Below are positions 10,236-20,102 of a stretch of 64,000 nt of DNA, piece by piece. The stretch is taken from positions 45,721 through 109,720 of the forward strand of contig DASYBV010000032.1 of the NCBI GenBank assembly GCA_036500545.1, in the 5' to 3' direction. Position 1 is the stretch's first letter. Every line of letters starts with the position of its first letter. This DNA is from Puia sp. GTDB lineage: Bacteria > Bacteroidota > Bacteroidia > Chitinophagales > Chitinophagaceae. The notes beneath the pieces are model-generated. The model did no database searches and was not told where the DNA came from. It worked only from the letters and a program-made list of their open reading frames with translations. The position numbers were made by a program, and so were the translations under genes.

Positions 10236-11873
10236 TTAGTATCCCGGGTTCTGCGGCAACACTGCCGTAAGGTTCGCGTCTATCACATCCTGGGGTATGG
10301 GCAGCAGGCTGTCACGGGCGGCGACGGTCAGCCCGCCTACCTTATTATATAATTTCGTCCGCGTCAGCCAGGTGCCGGTACGTAGCAGCACATAACGCCT
10401 GTCTTCCTCGGAGAATAGCTCCCGCGACCTTTCGTCCAATATGAAATCCAGCGTAACCTGTGAGGGGATGATCGGCGTGGCGTGGGCCCTGTTACGCAAT
10501 GCATTGATGGCGTCGGCCGCGCCCTGGAGATCATTGAGCCGGAAATCGGCTTCCGCCAGCAGCAGGTAGGTCTCGCCCGCCCGGACGAAGACCTGGTCAT
10601 TATAGGATTTATCCACCGTAGGATCGACAGGGCTTGCGTAATCCCATTTACGCGTAGACGGCCAGTTGGCATTTGTTATTTTTTCCGTGGAAGACTTATC
10701 CAGGTAGATCGTATCTCCTAATTTCGATCCCTTGGGGATGCTGGCAGGGTTATTTATGAGATAGTAATACCGCCAGGCAAAATCGCCGCCCCGGTCATCG
10801 TTCGCGTCATAAATGGTCATTGCCCATTTGGTGGGGCTTAGCCGGCCGATCCCCCGGCCTCCGTTTGCGGCCGAGACCAGGACGGGAGTGGCCGCTTTAC
10901 CGTCCGTTCCTTTTACGCTGAGAGAATAATAGCGGTTCACCCAATAGCGCCGCATGATCGTCGACCCGTCCCCGCCGGGCAGATTGATATCGCTCTGGAT
11001 CACCCACAACGCCTCCGTATTGCCTTCGCTTCTTTTCGAATTGCCATCCAGGAACATATCCGTAAAAGGAGTGCCCGGACTTGTTTTTTGAACGCCATAA
11101 CGGGCGGTGACCAGTTTATAGTTCGCGTCGGTGGTGACTTTCAACGCTTCGATCTTCGCGCTGTCATATTGTTTTGTTGCCAGGTAAAGCTCGGCCAGGA
11201 AATGCGAGGCCGTGCCTTTTAACAGTTGGGCGTCATCGGAAGAGGTCTCCGGCAGGTTTTGTTCTGCGTACAGCAGGTCCTGTTTCATCGCAGTTTGTAT
11301 ATCGGCGACAGGTGTCCGCGTCAGGTCCGTCCTGATATTCGTACCGGATGATTCCTCCAGCGTCAGGGGTACCGGGCCCCATAGATAGGTGAGATGGCGG
11401 TAGCACCAGGCGCGGATCAATCTTGCCCCGGCCACGATCGTGGCCTTGTCTTCCGGGGTCCAGTCGATACCCGTGTTCTCCGACCGGCCAATGATGGTAT
11501 TGGCGGCATTGATGGTCTCGTACAGCCAGGCCCATACTTCACTCGTGTGGGGCTTATTCGGCAGGTTGTAGGTGCCCCAGTAATTAAAGATATCGATAAT
11601 GGCGTCGCGCCAGTTCCCATAGCCGTTGTCGACGCCGATCACCGCCTGCATGTTCATGATGTCATCCTCGCTGCCGTAGGTTTCTCCCGACCGGTAGCGG
11701 CGTACTTCGCTGTATAAGCCGTTAAGCGCGTTTTGAAACCCGGCCTTGGTCTTGAACAGCAGGTCCGCGGTCAGCACGGAAGGGGATTGCTCATTGAGTA
11801 CGGATTTGGAACAGGACAGGAACATAAGCATGCCCGTCAGGGTTCCGAATATATATTTTGTGTATGATTGCAT
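10236..11873 (-). CDS. susD: SusD/RagB family nutrient-binding outer-membrane lipoprotein
   Basis: 545-aa ORF with lipobox LSCSKS, sitting directly downstream of the SusC-like gene. It has typical SusD features (RAWCYRHLTYLWG, AEADFRLN, IPQDVIDAN). Confidence 0.85.
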   Translation of the reverse strand: MQSYTKYIFGTLTGMLMFLSCSKSVLNEQSPSVLTADLLFKTKAGFQNALNGLYSEVRRYRSGETYGSEDDIMNMQAVIGVDNGYGNWRDAIIDIFNYWGTYNLPNKPHTSEVWAWLYETINAANTIIGRSENTGIDWTPEDKATIVAGARLIRAWCYRHLTYLWGPVPLTLEESSGTNIRTDLTRTPVADIQTAMKQDLLYAEQNLPETSSDDAQLLKGTASHFLAELYLATKQYDSAKIEALKVTTDANYKLVTARYGVQKTSPGTPFTDMFLDGNSKRSEGNTEALWVIQSDINLPGGDGSTIMRRYWVNRYYSLSVKGTDGKAATPVLVSAANGGRGIGRLSPTKWAMTIYDANDDRGGDFAWRYYYLINNPASIPKGSKLGDTIYLDKSSTEKITNANWPSTRKWDYASPVDPTVDKSYNDQVFVRAGETYLLLAEADFRLNDLQGAADAINALRNRAHATPIIPSQVTLDFILDERSRELFSEEDRRYVLLRTGTWLTRTKLYNKVGGLTVAARDSLLPIPQDVIDANLTAVLPQNPGY

Positions 11874-11900
11874 GGTTCTTTAAATTAATATTTTAACAAA

Positions 11901-14867
11901 TCAGAGGCTTACATTCAGGCCGAGTACATATTCGCGTTGCAATGGGATACCGCCCTGGTCCGACAGTTCCGGATCGAGTCCCGTCCATTTGGTGAACGTG
12001 AAGGCGTTCCTTACCTCCAGGTACAATTTCAATTTATCCAGCCTGGCGCTCCGTAGGATCCTCGGGGAGAAATCATAGGATAAGTTGATGTCCTTTACCC
12101 GTAAGAAACTTTTGTTTTGCAGGATCTGGGCGCCGAACGTATTTGCGCCCAGGGCATTGGCCCAATAGTCATTGGTGGGATTGGTAGGTGTCCACCAGTT
12201 CTTCTTCAAGGTATTGTAACGTACTCCGGAATTGACATTATCGGTGAACAGCGGGTTGGGTTGTTCGATACCCTGTACCCCCTGCAGGAATATATAAAGA
12301 GAGACATTCCTATACTTGAAAGTATTGCCGAGGCCCCATATGAATTTCGGCTGGAGACTTCCCAGGATGGTCCGGTCCCGGCTATCGATCACGCCGTCAT
12401 GGTTCAGGTCCTTGATCTTGGCATAACCTGGCTGAACGCCCGGCTGCGGGGAGGCCGACAGATTGTCCTTGGTCTGCCAGACCCCATTGAATACATAACC
12501 GAAGCTGACGTCTATCGGGTGGCCGATAAACCACTGACTGGCTGTATCATTCTTTCCATCGCCATACAGTTCCACCACCTTATTCCGGTTGAAAGAGATA
12601 TTTCCGCTGGAAGTCCAGGTAAAATCCCGGTCCTTCATATTGATGCTGGTCAGCCCCAGTTCCATTCCTTTATTGGCTGTCTTGCCGATATTCTGGAGGA
12701 TGGTGCTTACCCCTTCGACGCTGGAGATCTGCCGCGTAAGCAGCAGGTCATGGGTGTGGGCGCTATAGGCATCGATCGTACCCTGCAGCCGGCCACCGAA
12801 GAATCCGAAATCGAAGCCGATATTGGCGGTATTGGTCGTTTCCCAATGCAGATCGGGCGTAGCCAGCGTGGTTGGCAGATAACCGGGCGCCGTGGAAGTG
12901 CTGTCCACGTAGGAACGGGTGGAGAGACGTGCCAGCGTCTGGTAAGGATCGACGGCCTGGTTCCCGTTGCTTCCATAGGAAAGCCGGAGCTTCAGGTTGG
13001 AGACCACTTTATTATTCGCCATGAACTTTTCATTGATGATATTCCAGCCTGCGGCTACCGATGGAAAGAACCCGTATTTATCATCGACGCCAAACCCCGA
13101 ATATCCATCGCGCCTTCCCGTCAGGGTCAACAGGTAACGGCTGTCATACCCATAATTGATACGCGCCATTTGCGATACCAGCACTGTCTTGACATAAGAG
13201 GCGCCGGGCTGCACGGATAAGGCGACATTCGCCTGGTAATAGGTCAGGATATCATCCGGGAAGGTCTGAGCGGCAAGGGTGGTTCCCTGTGTATTGTCCA
13301 TTTCATAGCTATACAATCCTGTAAACCCGATAGAATGCTTGCCGAACGTATGGTCATAGTTCAACAGGTTCTCCAGGGTCAGGTTCCGTTGCGTCGACGT
13401 ACTGCCGGTATACGACCCTCCGTTCTGGACACCCGTACGGGTATTCCTTCCATAATAGGTATTGTTGACGCTGCTCTGGTATTCCACCCCCGTATTGAGA
13501 CGATAGCTCAACCCCGGGATAAAAGGAAGTTTGACCAGCAGGTAATCATTGCTGAATACCTTGTAACGGTTATTCTGGTTATTGGCGAGGGTGGGCGCCA
13601 GCGGGTTGCCGAAGCTGACATCGTCCGGCCAGGGATAGATGGTCGGCTTGCCCAGCGAATCGAAGGCCGTCGTCAGCGGGTTCATATAAAACACGCCGGC
13701 CGTTCCCGGTCCCCCGAATGTCGCCGGAAGACCGCTGTTATCGTCATAGTTCAGCTGTGTATTGGTGCCAAAGCTAAGCCAGTGCGTAATATTGGTCTCC
13801 AGGTTGATCCTCACCGATCCGCGTCTGAAATGATCGTTGACCGCGACGCCTTTCGAATCCAGGTAGGTCAGGGAGAGAAAGTATTTTGTATTGGTATTGC
13901 CTCCCCGGATGCTGACGCTATGCTGGTCCCGGGCGCCGGTCCGCGTGCCCAGGCCGAGCCAGTTGGGGAATTTTTTGGAATCGTAGACCGCCTGCTCGGA
14001 AGGGGTGATAGACCCCGGCTCCCGGTATTGCTTGAACGCGTAGAACTCCGTCGGCGACAATAAGGTGGGCAGGTGTGCGATCTTCTGGATGCCCGCAAAG
14101 CCATCATAGGTGATGACAGGCTTTCCGTTCTTGCCCTTGACGGTAGTGATCAGGATCACGCCGTTGGAACCCCGGGAACCGTAGATGGCGGCTGCCGAGG
14201 CATCTTTCAGGACGTCGATGCTCCCGATATCGGAGGGAGTGATATCGGATATGAGCCCATTATAAGGGATCCCATCCAATATGATCAGGGGATTATTGCT
14301 GGCCGTAATGGAATTTTTACCCCGGATCTGGATGGTCATATTATTCCCCTGCGCGCTGGAAGATGTCTGGGTGACGGTCACACCCGGCAATGCGCCTTCC
14401 AGGGATTGATAGAAATTGGAGCTGGGCAGGTTATCCAGCCGTTGCCGGTCCAGCGATACGACGCTGCCGGTGATATCCTTCCGCTTCTGGGTTCCGTAAC
14501 CGACGACCACCACTTCGTTCAGGCTGGCCGTCGTGGGTGACAGGGAGATATTCACGGTGCCCTTTCCGCTCACCGTTTGTTCCTGACCGGCATAACCGAC
14601 ATAGTTGAATGTCAGGATCGCCTTCCGGCTGGGGACCATGATACTGAACTTCCCCAGCGAATCGGTGGTGGTTCCCCGCTGGGTGCCTTTTACCTGTACC
14701 GATACACCGGACAAGGCTTCGTTCTTTGTTTGGTCCGTTACTGTTCCTCTTACGTTGACCTCCTGCGCCATTAAGGCAACAGGCAAAAAGAAAAGTATGA
14801 AAAGCAAGAAGAGCAGGGACCTTCGCAAGCAGTTAAACTTATGCATGACTTGTTTTTTATATGGCAA
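11901..14867 (-). CDS. susC: SusC/RagA family TonB-dependent outer-membrane transporter
   Basis: 988-aa ORF. It has an N-terminal carboxypeptidase-regulatory-like domain (VRGTVTDQTKNEALSGVSVQVKGT), a plug region (VVVGYGTQKRKDITGSV) and SusC-type C-terminal beta strands (REYVLGLNVSL). Confidence 0.9.
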   Translation of the reverse strand: MPYKKQVMHKFNCLRRSLLFLLFILFFLPVALMAQEVNVRGTVTDQTKNEALSGVSVQVKGTQRGTTTDSLGKFSIMVPSRKAILTFNYVGYAGQEQTVSGKGTVNISLSPTTASLNEVVVVGYGTQKRKDITGSVVSLDRQRLDNLPSSNFYQSLEGALPGVTVTQTSSSAQGNNMTIQIRGKNSITASNNPLIILDGIPYNGLISDITPSDIGSIDVLKDASAAAIYGSRGSNGVILITTVKGKNGKPVITYDGFAGIQKIAHLPTLLSPTEFYAFKQYREPGSITPSEQAVYDSKKFPNWLGLGTRTGARDQHSVSIRGGNTNTKYFLSLTYLDSKGVAVNDHFRRGSVRINLETNITHWLSFGTNTQLNYDDNSGLPATFGGPGTAGVFYMNPLTTAFDSLGKPTIYPWPDDVSFGNPLAPTLANNQNNRYKVFSNDYLLVKLPFIPGLSYRLNTGVEYQSSVNNTYYGRNTRTGVQNGGSYTGSTSTQRNLTLENLLNYDHTFGKHSIGFTGLYSYEMDNTQGTTLAAQTFPDDILTYYQANVALSVQPGASYVKTVLVSQMARINYGYDSRYLLTLTGRRDGYSGFGVDDKYGFFPSVAAGWNIINEKFMANNKVVSNLKLRLSYGSNGNQAVDPYQTLARLSTRSYVDSTSTAPGYLPTTLATPDLHWETTNTANIGFDFGFFGGRLQGTIDAYSAHTHDLLLTRQISSVEGVSTILQNIGKTANKGMELGLTSINMKDRDFTWTSSGNISFNRNKVVELYGDGKNDTASQWFIGHPIDVSFGYVFNGVWQTKDNLSASPQPGVQPGYAKIKDLNHDGVIDSRDRTILGSLQPKFIWGLGNTFKYRNVSLYIFLQGVQGIEQPNPLFTDNVNSGVRYNTLKKNWWTPTNPTNDYWANALGANTFGAQILQNKSFLRVKDINLSYDFSPRILRSARLDKLKLYLEVRNAFTFTKWTGLDPELSDQGGIPLQREYVLGLNVSL

Positions 14868-14894
14868 TGAATAAACCGTTTAATTTAATGATCA

Positions 14895-15698
14895 TCAAAA
14901 CCCGATGGAATTGCCGCCGTCTACCGGCAATATGGCGCCCGTCACATACCTGGCCGCTTCGGAAGCCAGGTACACCGCGGCCAGGCCTATGTCTTCCGGC
15001 TTGCCGAGATATCCCATCGGCGTGCGGGCCAGCACCCGGCTCTTACGCTCCGGGTCACCGTTCAATGCCTTTGCCGACATAGGCGTCTCGATAAAGCCGG
15101 GAGCGATACAATTGACACGGATCCCGCGGGGAGAAAGATCGACCGCCATCGACCGGGTCATTCCTTCGACGGCCGACTTGGCAGCCGTATAGGCTATCAC
15201 CTTTGGAATACCGTACCTTGCCGCCATAGAGCTGATCAGGATGATGCATCCTTTTCTGCGTGGCTCCATCTTCCGGGCCACTTCCCGCGTCAGTGCAAAA
15301 ACCGCCGCCTGGTTCACCTGTATGACCGTCCCGAACTCCTCATCCGTCACATCGAGGATATCCTTTTTCAGGTTGATGCCGGCATTGTTCACCAATACGT
15401 CCAGCGGACCCTCGGTCGCCTCTATCTCCTCCACCAGTGAAGGAATGCCCTCCATATGAGCCAGGTCATATACCCGGTAAACCGCCTTTCCGCCTAACTC
15501 CCGGCAGGTATCCTGTAAAACATCCTCCCGGCGGCCGGTGATGATGACCTTGGCCCCGGCAAACCGGATCGCCCGGGCAATGGCATAGCCCAGCCCGCTG
15601 CCGCCGCCGGTGATCAAAACCGTTTTGCCCGTCAAATCAAAAAGAGAATGGGTCTGCGCTATTGTCTTGCTGTCTATGGCTGTTTCGATGGAGTGCAT
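14895..15698 (-). CDS. SDR family oxidoreductase, KduD/gluconate-5-dehydrogenase-like; first gene of the PUL operon
   Basis: 267-aa ORF with TGGGSGLGYAIA, NNAGIN, SSMAARYG...YTAAKSAVEGMT (intact S-Y-K) and PGFIETPM. Confidence 0.8.
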   Translation of the reverse strand: MHSIETAIDSKTIAQTHSLFDLTGKTVLITGGGSGLGYAIARAIRFAGAKVIITGRREDVLQDTCRELGGKAVYRVYDLAHMEGIPSLVEEIEATEGPLDVLVNNAGINLKKDILDVTDEEFGTVIQVNQAAVFALTREVARKMEPRRKGCIILISSMAARYGIPKVIAYTAAKSAVEGMTRSMAVDLSPRGIRVNCIAPGFIETPMSAKALNGDPERKSRVLARTPMGYLGKPEDIGLAAVYLASEAARYVTGAILPVDGGNSIGF

Positions 15699-15828
15699 TC
15701 GTTGTCTTTTATTCTATCCGCACAGGGAATGATTGGAACCTGATCTTCCTGCTAAAAGTAAATAGCTTTCAAATCCAGACCAACAGCGGAGAGGCGACCG
15801 AAAACACCGCAAATATTTCATACGTTCT

Positions 15829-15842
15829 CGGTAACGTTTGCA
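15829..15842. promoter_or_regulatory. LacI-family operator-like site CGGTAACGTTTGCA
   Basis: Matches the generic LacI operator pattern TGnAAnCGnTTnCA around a central CG. It lies in the divergent spacer between the PUL operon and a LacI gene. Confidence 0.4.
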
Positions 15843-15964
15843 GAATAGATGCTGCAGAATATCTACAAATAAATTGGAAAACAAATAATTGCTTCCGATT
15901 GCAACTATATGATTTCTAATGGAGAACCCATCTCCCGGGCAAGGCTCTAAAATTTGTTTTTCCC

Positions 15965-15978
15965 GTTACTCGTTTGCA
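15965..15978. promoter_or_regulatory. LacI-family operator-like half-conserved site GTTACTCGTTTGCA
   Basis: Shares the right half CGTTTGCA with the other two sites. The left half is weaker. Confidence 0.3.
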
Positions 15979-15984
15979 GACGGC

Positions 15985-15998
15985 TGGCAACGTTTGCA
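15985..15998. promoter_or_regulatory. LacI-family operator-like site TGGCAACGTTTGCA
   Basis: Best match of the three to TGnAAnCGnTTnCA, with only position 4 deviating. It lies 112 nt upstream of the LacI gene start. Confidence 0.45.
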
Positions 15999-16109
15999 TA
16001 ATATTGGCTATCTTCGCAATACCATTCCCTTTAACCCGCCGATTGATTGTAGAAAACCTCCCGCCTTGTCCTTTCCGGTAATATCGAACCCTGGTTAAAT
16101 TCTTTCGAA

Positions 16110-17144
16110 ATGAACGAGCAGCATAATGTGACGATCAAGGATATTGCGCAGCAGTTGAAGATTTCTGTCTCTACCGTATCGCGGGCCCTGCGGAACAGCC
16201 CCGAGATCAAACTGGCCACCCGGGAACTGGTCCGGGAACTGGCCGCCGAGCTTCGCTACAGCCCCAATCCCATTGCCCTTTCCCTGAAGGAGAAAAAGAG
16301 TAAGATCATCGGCGTGATCGTGCCGGAGATCGCCAATAACTTTTGCGCCTCCACCATCGCGGGGATCGAAGACATCGCCTATAGCAAAGGCTATCATGTC
16401 ATCATTTTCCAAAGCCATGAAAAGCTGGACCGGGAAGTGATCAATACGCAGCTTCTGAACTCCCGCAGGATCGAAGGACTGATCATTTCCCTTTCCAATG
16501 AGACCAATACCTTCGAACATCTTCACGAGACCATCGAAAAAGGGATCCCTATCGTCATGTTCGACCGCGTTTCCGATGGGATCATCACCCACAAGGTAGT
16601 GGTCAACGACTATTATGGCGCCTTTAATGCCACCGAACACCTGATCCAGGAAGGTTATCATCGCATCGCCCATATCACTATTTCAAAATTCCTTTCCATT
16701 ACAAAGAACCGGCTGAACGGCTATATCGATGCATTAAAAAAATATGGCATCCCCATTAAAAAGGAATGGATCATCCATTGCAATTTCAACTCGGCGGAGA
16801 ACGAACGGATCATCCGCCAGCTCTTCCTGGAAAAAGACCCGCCCAATGCGATCCTTGCCTCCGTAGAACGGCTGGCCACCAGCTGTATGAATGTATTGAA
16901 GGAAATGAACCTGCGGATCCCGGAAGACGTCGCCCTGGTGGGGTTCTCCGATAACCCGATCAATCACCTGCTGTCGCCGGCGCTGACGTCGGTCCGCCAG
17001 CCGACATTCGACATTGGACAACAGGCGGCGGAATTGCTGATCAACCTTATCGAAAATAAGAATACGACACAGAAATATAAGACGGTCCAGCTGGAGACCT
17101 CATTGGATATCCAGGCCTCTTCCCGCCGGGTATCCGTCTTTTAA
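16110..17144 (+). CDS. LacI family transcriptional regulator
   Basis: 344-aa ORF with N-terminal HTH VTIKDIAQQLKISVSTVSRALRN followed by a periplasmic-binding-protein-like sugar-binding fold. Confidence 0.9.
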   Translation: MNEQHNVTIKDIAQQLKISVSTVSRALRNSPEIKLATRELVRELAAELRYSPNPIALSLKEKKSKIIGVIVPEIANNFCASTIAGIEDIAYSKGYHVIIFQSHEKLDREVINTQLLNSRRIEGLIISLSNETNTFEHLHETIEKGIPIVMFDRVSDGIITHKVVVNDYYGAFNATEHLIQEGYHRIAHITISKFLSITKNRLNGYIDALKKYGIPIKKEWIIHCNFNSAENERIIRQLFLEKDPPNAILASVERLATSCMNVLKEMNLRIPEDVALVGFSDNPINHLLSPALTSVRQPTFDIGQQAAELLINLIENKNTTQKYKTVQLETSLDIQASSRRVSVF

Positions 17145-18196
17145 GCCGGGCTCGCGTCATCGCCATTGCGTAGCGAAGAAGCCCTTATGATGAGATCGGA
17201 CTTCAGGATGACCCTATTGGTAGCGCTGTTCTTCGGGTGTTGTTTCAGCAGGCCGATCAAATGCCGGGCCGCCACCTCACCGATCTCCCGCCCGGGATAG
17301 TCGATGGTGGTTAATCTGGGCTCCACGATCTTGCAGATAATATCATTATTGAATCCCACGACCGCAATGTCGTTGGGTATATTCACCCCCGCCTCCTTCA
17401 GGCCCTGCATCACCACGGAGGCGCAAAAGTCATTGGTGACAAACAGGCCGTCCGGCCGTGGCTGCATGGCCAGGATCCTGCGGGTAGCTTCCAGCCCCGC
17501 CTTATCGCTGAGATCATTGATGATCACCCGGTCTTCGCGATAGGCAAGGCCATTGGCCAGCAGCGCCTCCTGGTAACCTTTCAGCCGGTCCGCATAGACG
17601 TTCCGCCGCAGACTGCCCGTAATATGAACGATGTCCCGGCAGCCTTGCCGGATCAGATGCCCGGTAGCCATGAAACCGGCCTTGACATTATCGATCACCA
17701 CCTTGACTCCCACGGCCTTCTCCTCCACCCGGTCGAAAAATACGATCGGCGTCCCTTTCTTTATAAAGGGATCGAAATGAGAGAGGTCTTCCGTATCATA
17801 TGCCAAAGAGGCGACCAGACCGTCTACCCGCTTGTGAAAAAGATTATGGGCATTCGCGATCTCCTTTTTGACGGTCTCGGAAGAATGCGCGATGATGATA
17901 TCATAGCCCGCCTCGGCCGTTACCTTTTCGATCCCGGTCAGGACCGAAATGATAAAATTGCTGTTCAGCTCGTGGATGATGATCCCAATGGTATGGGTCT
18001 TCCTGGACCGGAGGTTACTGGCGAAATTATTCGGCCGGTAACCCATTTTCCTCGCCGTCTGCAGGACCTTCCTGCGAGTGCTCTTACTGACCGCGGGGTT
18101 ATTCTTTAGCGCTCTGCTGACGGTAGCCGTGGACACGCCCAGCACTTTTGCAATGTCATAGATGGTGATCTCTTTATCGTTGTGCCCGGCAGTCAT
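17141..18196 (-). CDS. LacI family transcriptional regulator (second paralog)
   Basis: HTH is ITIYDIAKVLGVSTATVSRALKN. I prefer the start at MTAGHND (18196) over the track start at 18217. Its stop codon shares TTAA with the convergent LacI gene. Confidence 0.85.
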   Translation of the reverse strand: MTAGHNDKEITIYDIAKVLGVSTATVSRALKNNPAVSKSTRRKVLQTARKMGYRPNNFASNLRSRKTHTIGIIIHELNSNFIISVLTGIEKVTAEAGYDIIIAHSSETVKKEIANAHNLFHKRVDGLVASLAYDTEDLSHFDPFIKKGTPIVFFDRVEEKAVGVKVVIDNVKAGFMATGHLIRQGCRDIVHITGSLRRNVYADRLKGYQEALLANGLAYREDRVIINDLSDKAGLEATRRILAMQPRPDGLFVTNDFCASVVMQGLKEAGVNIPNDIAVVGFNNDIICKIVEPRLTTIDYPGREIGEVAARHLIGLLKQHPKNSATNRVILKSDLIIRASSLRNGDDASPA

Positions 18197-18238
18197 TTTT
18201 ATGCGTAAATATAGCAATGCTTTCCTTATCTTAGAAAA

Positions 18239-19534
18239 ATGGTCAGGAAACTACTCTTCTCCCTTCTTATCGGCGGTCTTTGTCATCCCGCCCATTCGCA
18301 GCCGCGGACAGACGCTTTTTTAAGGGATCTGCTGGCAGGCGACAAGCAGCCTATTGTAAAAGACGTGATACAGCACCCGGCGACATACCGCGCACAGATC
18401 ATCTATACGCAGATCGACAGGGATAAGAACAATATCCCCACCTTTACCAATTATTATTATAATGCAGACAGCCTGCTTTACTTCAACCCCGCCTCCACCG
18501 TAAAGCTCCCCCTGGCCCTGTTATCCCTGGAGAAGCTGAACGAACTGGGGATGCGCGGTATCGACAAGTATACCCATCTTCAGTATGACAGCGGCTATAA
18601 TGGCTTACGACCCGAATACAGGGACAGCACGGCGCCGGACGAGCTTCCCTCCCTGGCGCATTTTATCCGAAAGGCCTTCCTCGTCAGTGACAATGATGCT
18701 TACAACCGGATGTATGAATGGGTGGGACAACAGACCATCAACCGGAGATTACGGGAGAAAGGATATACCGATGTCCGTATAACCCGTCACTTCTATCCCA
18801 TGACGGCCGATCAGAACCGGCATAGCAGCCCGGTACGGTTTATAAAAAAGGACGGAACGCTCCTTTATGCACAGCCGGCCGCCACGAATACCGATTCATT
18901 CGACTTCAGCCATATAAATAAAATAGGCAATGGTTATTTTAACAGCAGGGACAGCCTCATCAATGAGCCCATGGACTTCACTACCCATAACAACGTCTCG
19001 TTGCATGATTACCAGCAAATGTTGCAGTCGGTCCTGTTCCCCGCTTCCGTACCGGCAAAACAACGGTTCCGCCTGACAGGGGAAGACTATCGTTTCTTAT
19101 ATCAATACCTTTCTCAATTCCCTTCGGAGACGAATTATCCAAAATATGATTCTGCGACCTATTATGATTCCTATGTAAAGTTCTTTTTCAGGGACAGCCT
19201 GCACAGACATCTTCCGGAAGGCGTACGGGTATTTAATAAGGTGGGCTGGGCCTATGGCTTCTTAACGGACATCTCTTATGTAGTGGATTTCAGGCATCAT
19301 GTCGAATATATGCTGGCCGCCACGCTTTATACCAACAGCGACGGCATCCTCAATGACGACAAATATGATTTCGAGACGATCGCCCATCCCTTTATGTATG
19401 CGCTGGGCCAAACGATCTATCGCTATGAGCTCGCCCGTCCCCGGAAATATACCCCCGATCTTTCCGCCTTTATCATCCCCTATGAAAAAAGGATCCCGGA
19501 TCAACGGCCGGTGATCAGCCAGGTGGATAATTAG
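18239..19534 (+). CDS. Class A beta-lactamase-related serine hydrolase, secreted
   Basis: 431-aa ORF with a signal peptide. It carries the three class-A-type motifs STVK (SxxK), SDN (FLVSDNDAYN) and KVG (a KTG variant, FNKVGWAYG). Confidence 0.65.
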   Translation: MVRKLLFSLLIGGLCHPAHSQPRTDAFLRDLLAGDKQPIVKDVIQHPATYRAQIIYTQIDRDKNNIPTFTNYYYNADSLLYFNPASTVKLPLALLSLEKLNELGMRGIDKYTHLQYDSGYNGLRPEYRDSTAPDELPSLAHFIRKAFLVSDNDAYNRMYEWVGQQTINRRLREKGYTDVRITRHFYPMTADQNRHSSPVRFIKKDGTLLYAQPAATNTDSFDFSHINKIGNGYFNSRDSLINEPMDFTTHNNVSLHDYQQMLQSVLFPASVPAKQRFRLTGEDYRFLYQYLSQFPSETNYPKYDSATYYDSYVKFFFRDSLHRHLPEGVRVFNKVGWAYGFLTDISYVVDFRHHVEYMLAATLYTNSDGILNDDKYDFETIAHPFMYALGQTIYRYELARPRKYTPDLSAFIIPYEKRIPDQRPVISQVDN

Positions 19535-19881
19535 GCGCCGGCAGCATGGACGCTCTTTCCCAGACCTCCCCGGACAATGGCATGACTATTTCTCCATACG
19601 GTTCCCTTCCGGCGTATTCCGTCGGGAAAATACCAGCTGCCCGCCGGCCAATAATATACGCCAAAAGGATCGAAGGCATAACTCCACAATTGCATCATCG
19701 ACGGATCGTCGCAGGGTTCGCAGGGACAGAAACAGGAATCCGTCTCACAAGGCGGGGTGATTGCCCGGGAGATAGTATCGGACAGGTTATCGTTCAGGGA
19801 TCTTGCCGGAACCCACACCCGGCTGCAGGATGCCAGGGCGGCGGTGATAAGGACAAGTTGTACGCGTAGAGATCTTTTCAT
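19531..19881 (-). CDS. Small Cys-rich putative lipoprotein, unknown function
   Basis: 116-aa ORF with lipobox LASCS and the cluster PPCETDSCFCPCEPCDD. No family recognised. In GC-rich DNA it could still be spurious. Confidence 0.35.
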   Translation of the reverse strand: MKRSLRVQLVLITAALASCSRVWVPARSLNDNLSDTISRAITPPCETDSCFCPCEPCDDPSMMQLWSYAFDPFGVYYWPAGSWYFPDGIRRKGTVWRNSHAIVRGGLGKSVHAAGA

Positions 19882-20102
19882 AAAACAGGGTTTGAGGGGA
19901 TGGAATATTCTACGGGATCGTATGCAATTTAGGCCGGCATTGCATCCGGTATTGCAAACGGTCGGTTAAGACCGCGTGAACGATCGGTTAACACGGCAAC
20001 ATCAACCTTTTACCACGCCTATTGTTAATGCGCGTTAACAAAAGGAAAATAGCCGGTACTTTTCCGATTTTTTATCTATTTTCAGAACCATAAAATCGAT
20101 CT

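Noticed and set aside
12117-13220. 367-aa plus-strand ORF inside the SusC gene
   Set aside because: It is antisense to a gene with clear SusC/TonB-receptor motifs. The translation is low-complexity and rich in G, R, P and I. This is typical of open antisense frames in GC-rich coding DNA.
19922-19957. Inverted repeat ATGCAAT-n10-ATTGCAT plus a third ATTGCAA and a TGCAAACG half-site upstream of the Cys-rich lipoprotein gene
   Set aside because: The arms are short (7 bp) and there is no associated regulator or second copy to support function. The LacI-like half-site lacks its partner half.
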